NCBI GenBank assembly: GCA_963796275.1
Contig: CAWCKY010000006.1
Span: forward strand, 2,400,001-2,464,000
Source: an uncultured Acidobacteriota bacterium
GTDB taxonomy: Bacteria; Acidobacteriota; Blastocatellia; RBC074
DNA: 64,000 bases
Direction: 5' to 3'
The notes under the pieces are model-generated. The model saw only the letters and a list, made by a program, of their open reading frames with translations. It made no database searches and had not been told where the DNA came from. How positions within the stretch are numbered: position 1 is the first letter of the stretch; every line of letters begins with the position of its first letter. Shown in pieces: positions 63,721-64,000 of this stretch. The position numbers and the translations under genes are program-made.

Positions 63721-64000
63721 TATTTTGAGTACCACCCCTACAGCCGCTTCTGAACTTCATATATCAACTCTTGCTCGATCGCTGAGCACGAGTTGAAAGA
63801 ACGTTGATCAGGAGAAGGACCTAGTCTTTGCTTCAATAACCGTTACAATCTTTATTCGACATTCATATGAACACTGGTCGACTCAGAAAAATATGGATTA
63901 AAAGAATGAAACTTGGGCCGATGGATTCGGTCAGCTCTGCACAACTCGTGGAAGGTCGTGGCTTAGTCGGCAACGCTGATCAGGGCGGCCGTCGACAAGT

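Noticed and set aside
63720-64000. Coding fragments at the window end
   Set aside because: Multiple stops in the frames I read; not assignable.

Overview
This window looks like Acidobacteriota DNA. That is an inference from the ADOP permease with a PadR relic and the Oar-type TonB-dependent receptor. Most of it is a co-oriented polysaccharide/sulfate-ester utilisation region. It holds 10 intact Cys-type sulfatases, at least 4 sulfatase relics, a TonB-dependent receptor, a GDPD, a GtaA/DUF4965-like protein, a YesU-like plus PL26-like lyase pair, 2 GMC oxidoreductases and 2 aldo/keto reductases. It also holds three planctomycete-type cytochrome c modules: DUF1549/DUF1553+DUF1501 twice (one frameshifted) and DUF1592-type+DUF1552 once. 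The most unusual signal is intergenic. Four ~110-200 bp non-coding elements from three unrelated families have terminal inverted repeats and target-site duplications, i.e. they are MITE-like. Each carries a central REP-like palindrome, and the same kind of palindrome also occurs free-standing. There is also an ~80 bp BIME-like REP array with a compensatory stem change, and a series of 'collapsed' genes that keep their start and end but have lost the middle. No rRNA, tRNA, CRISPR array or transposase gene was seen. All family names come from motif recognition, not from database searches.
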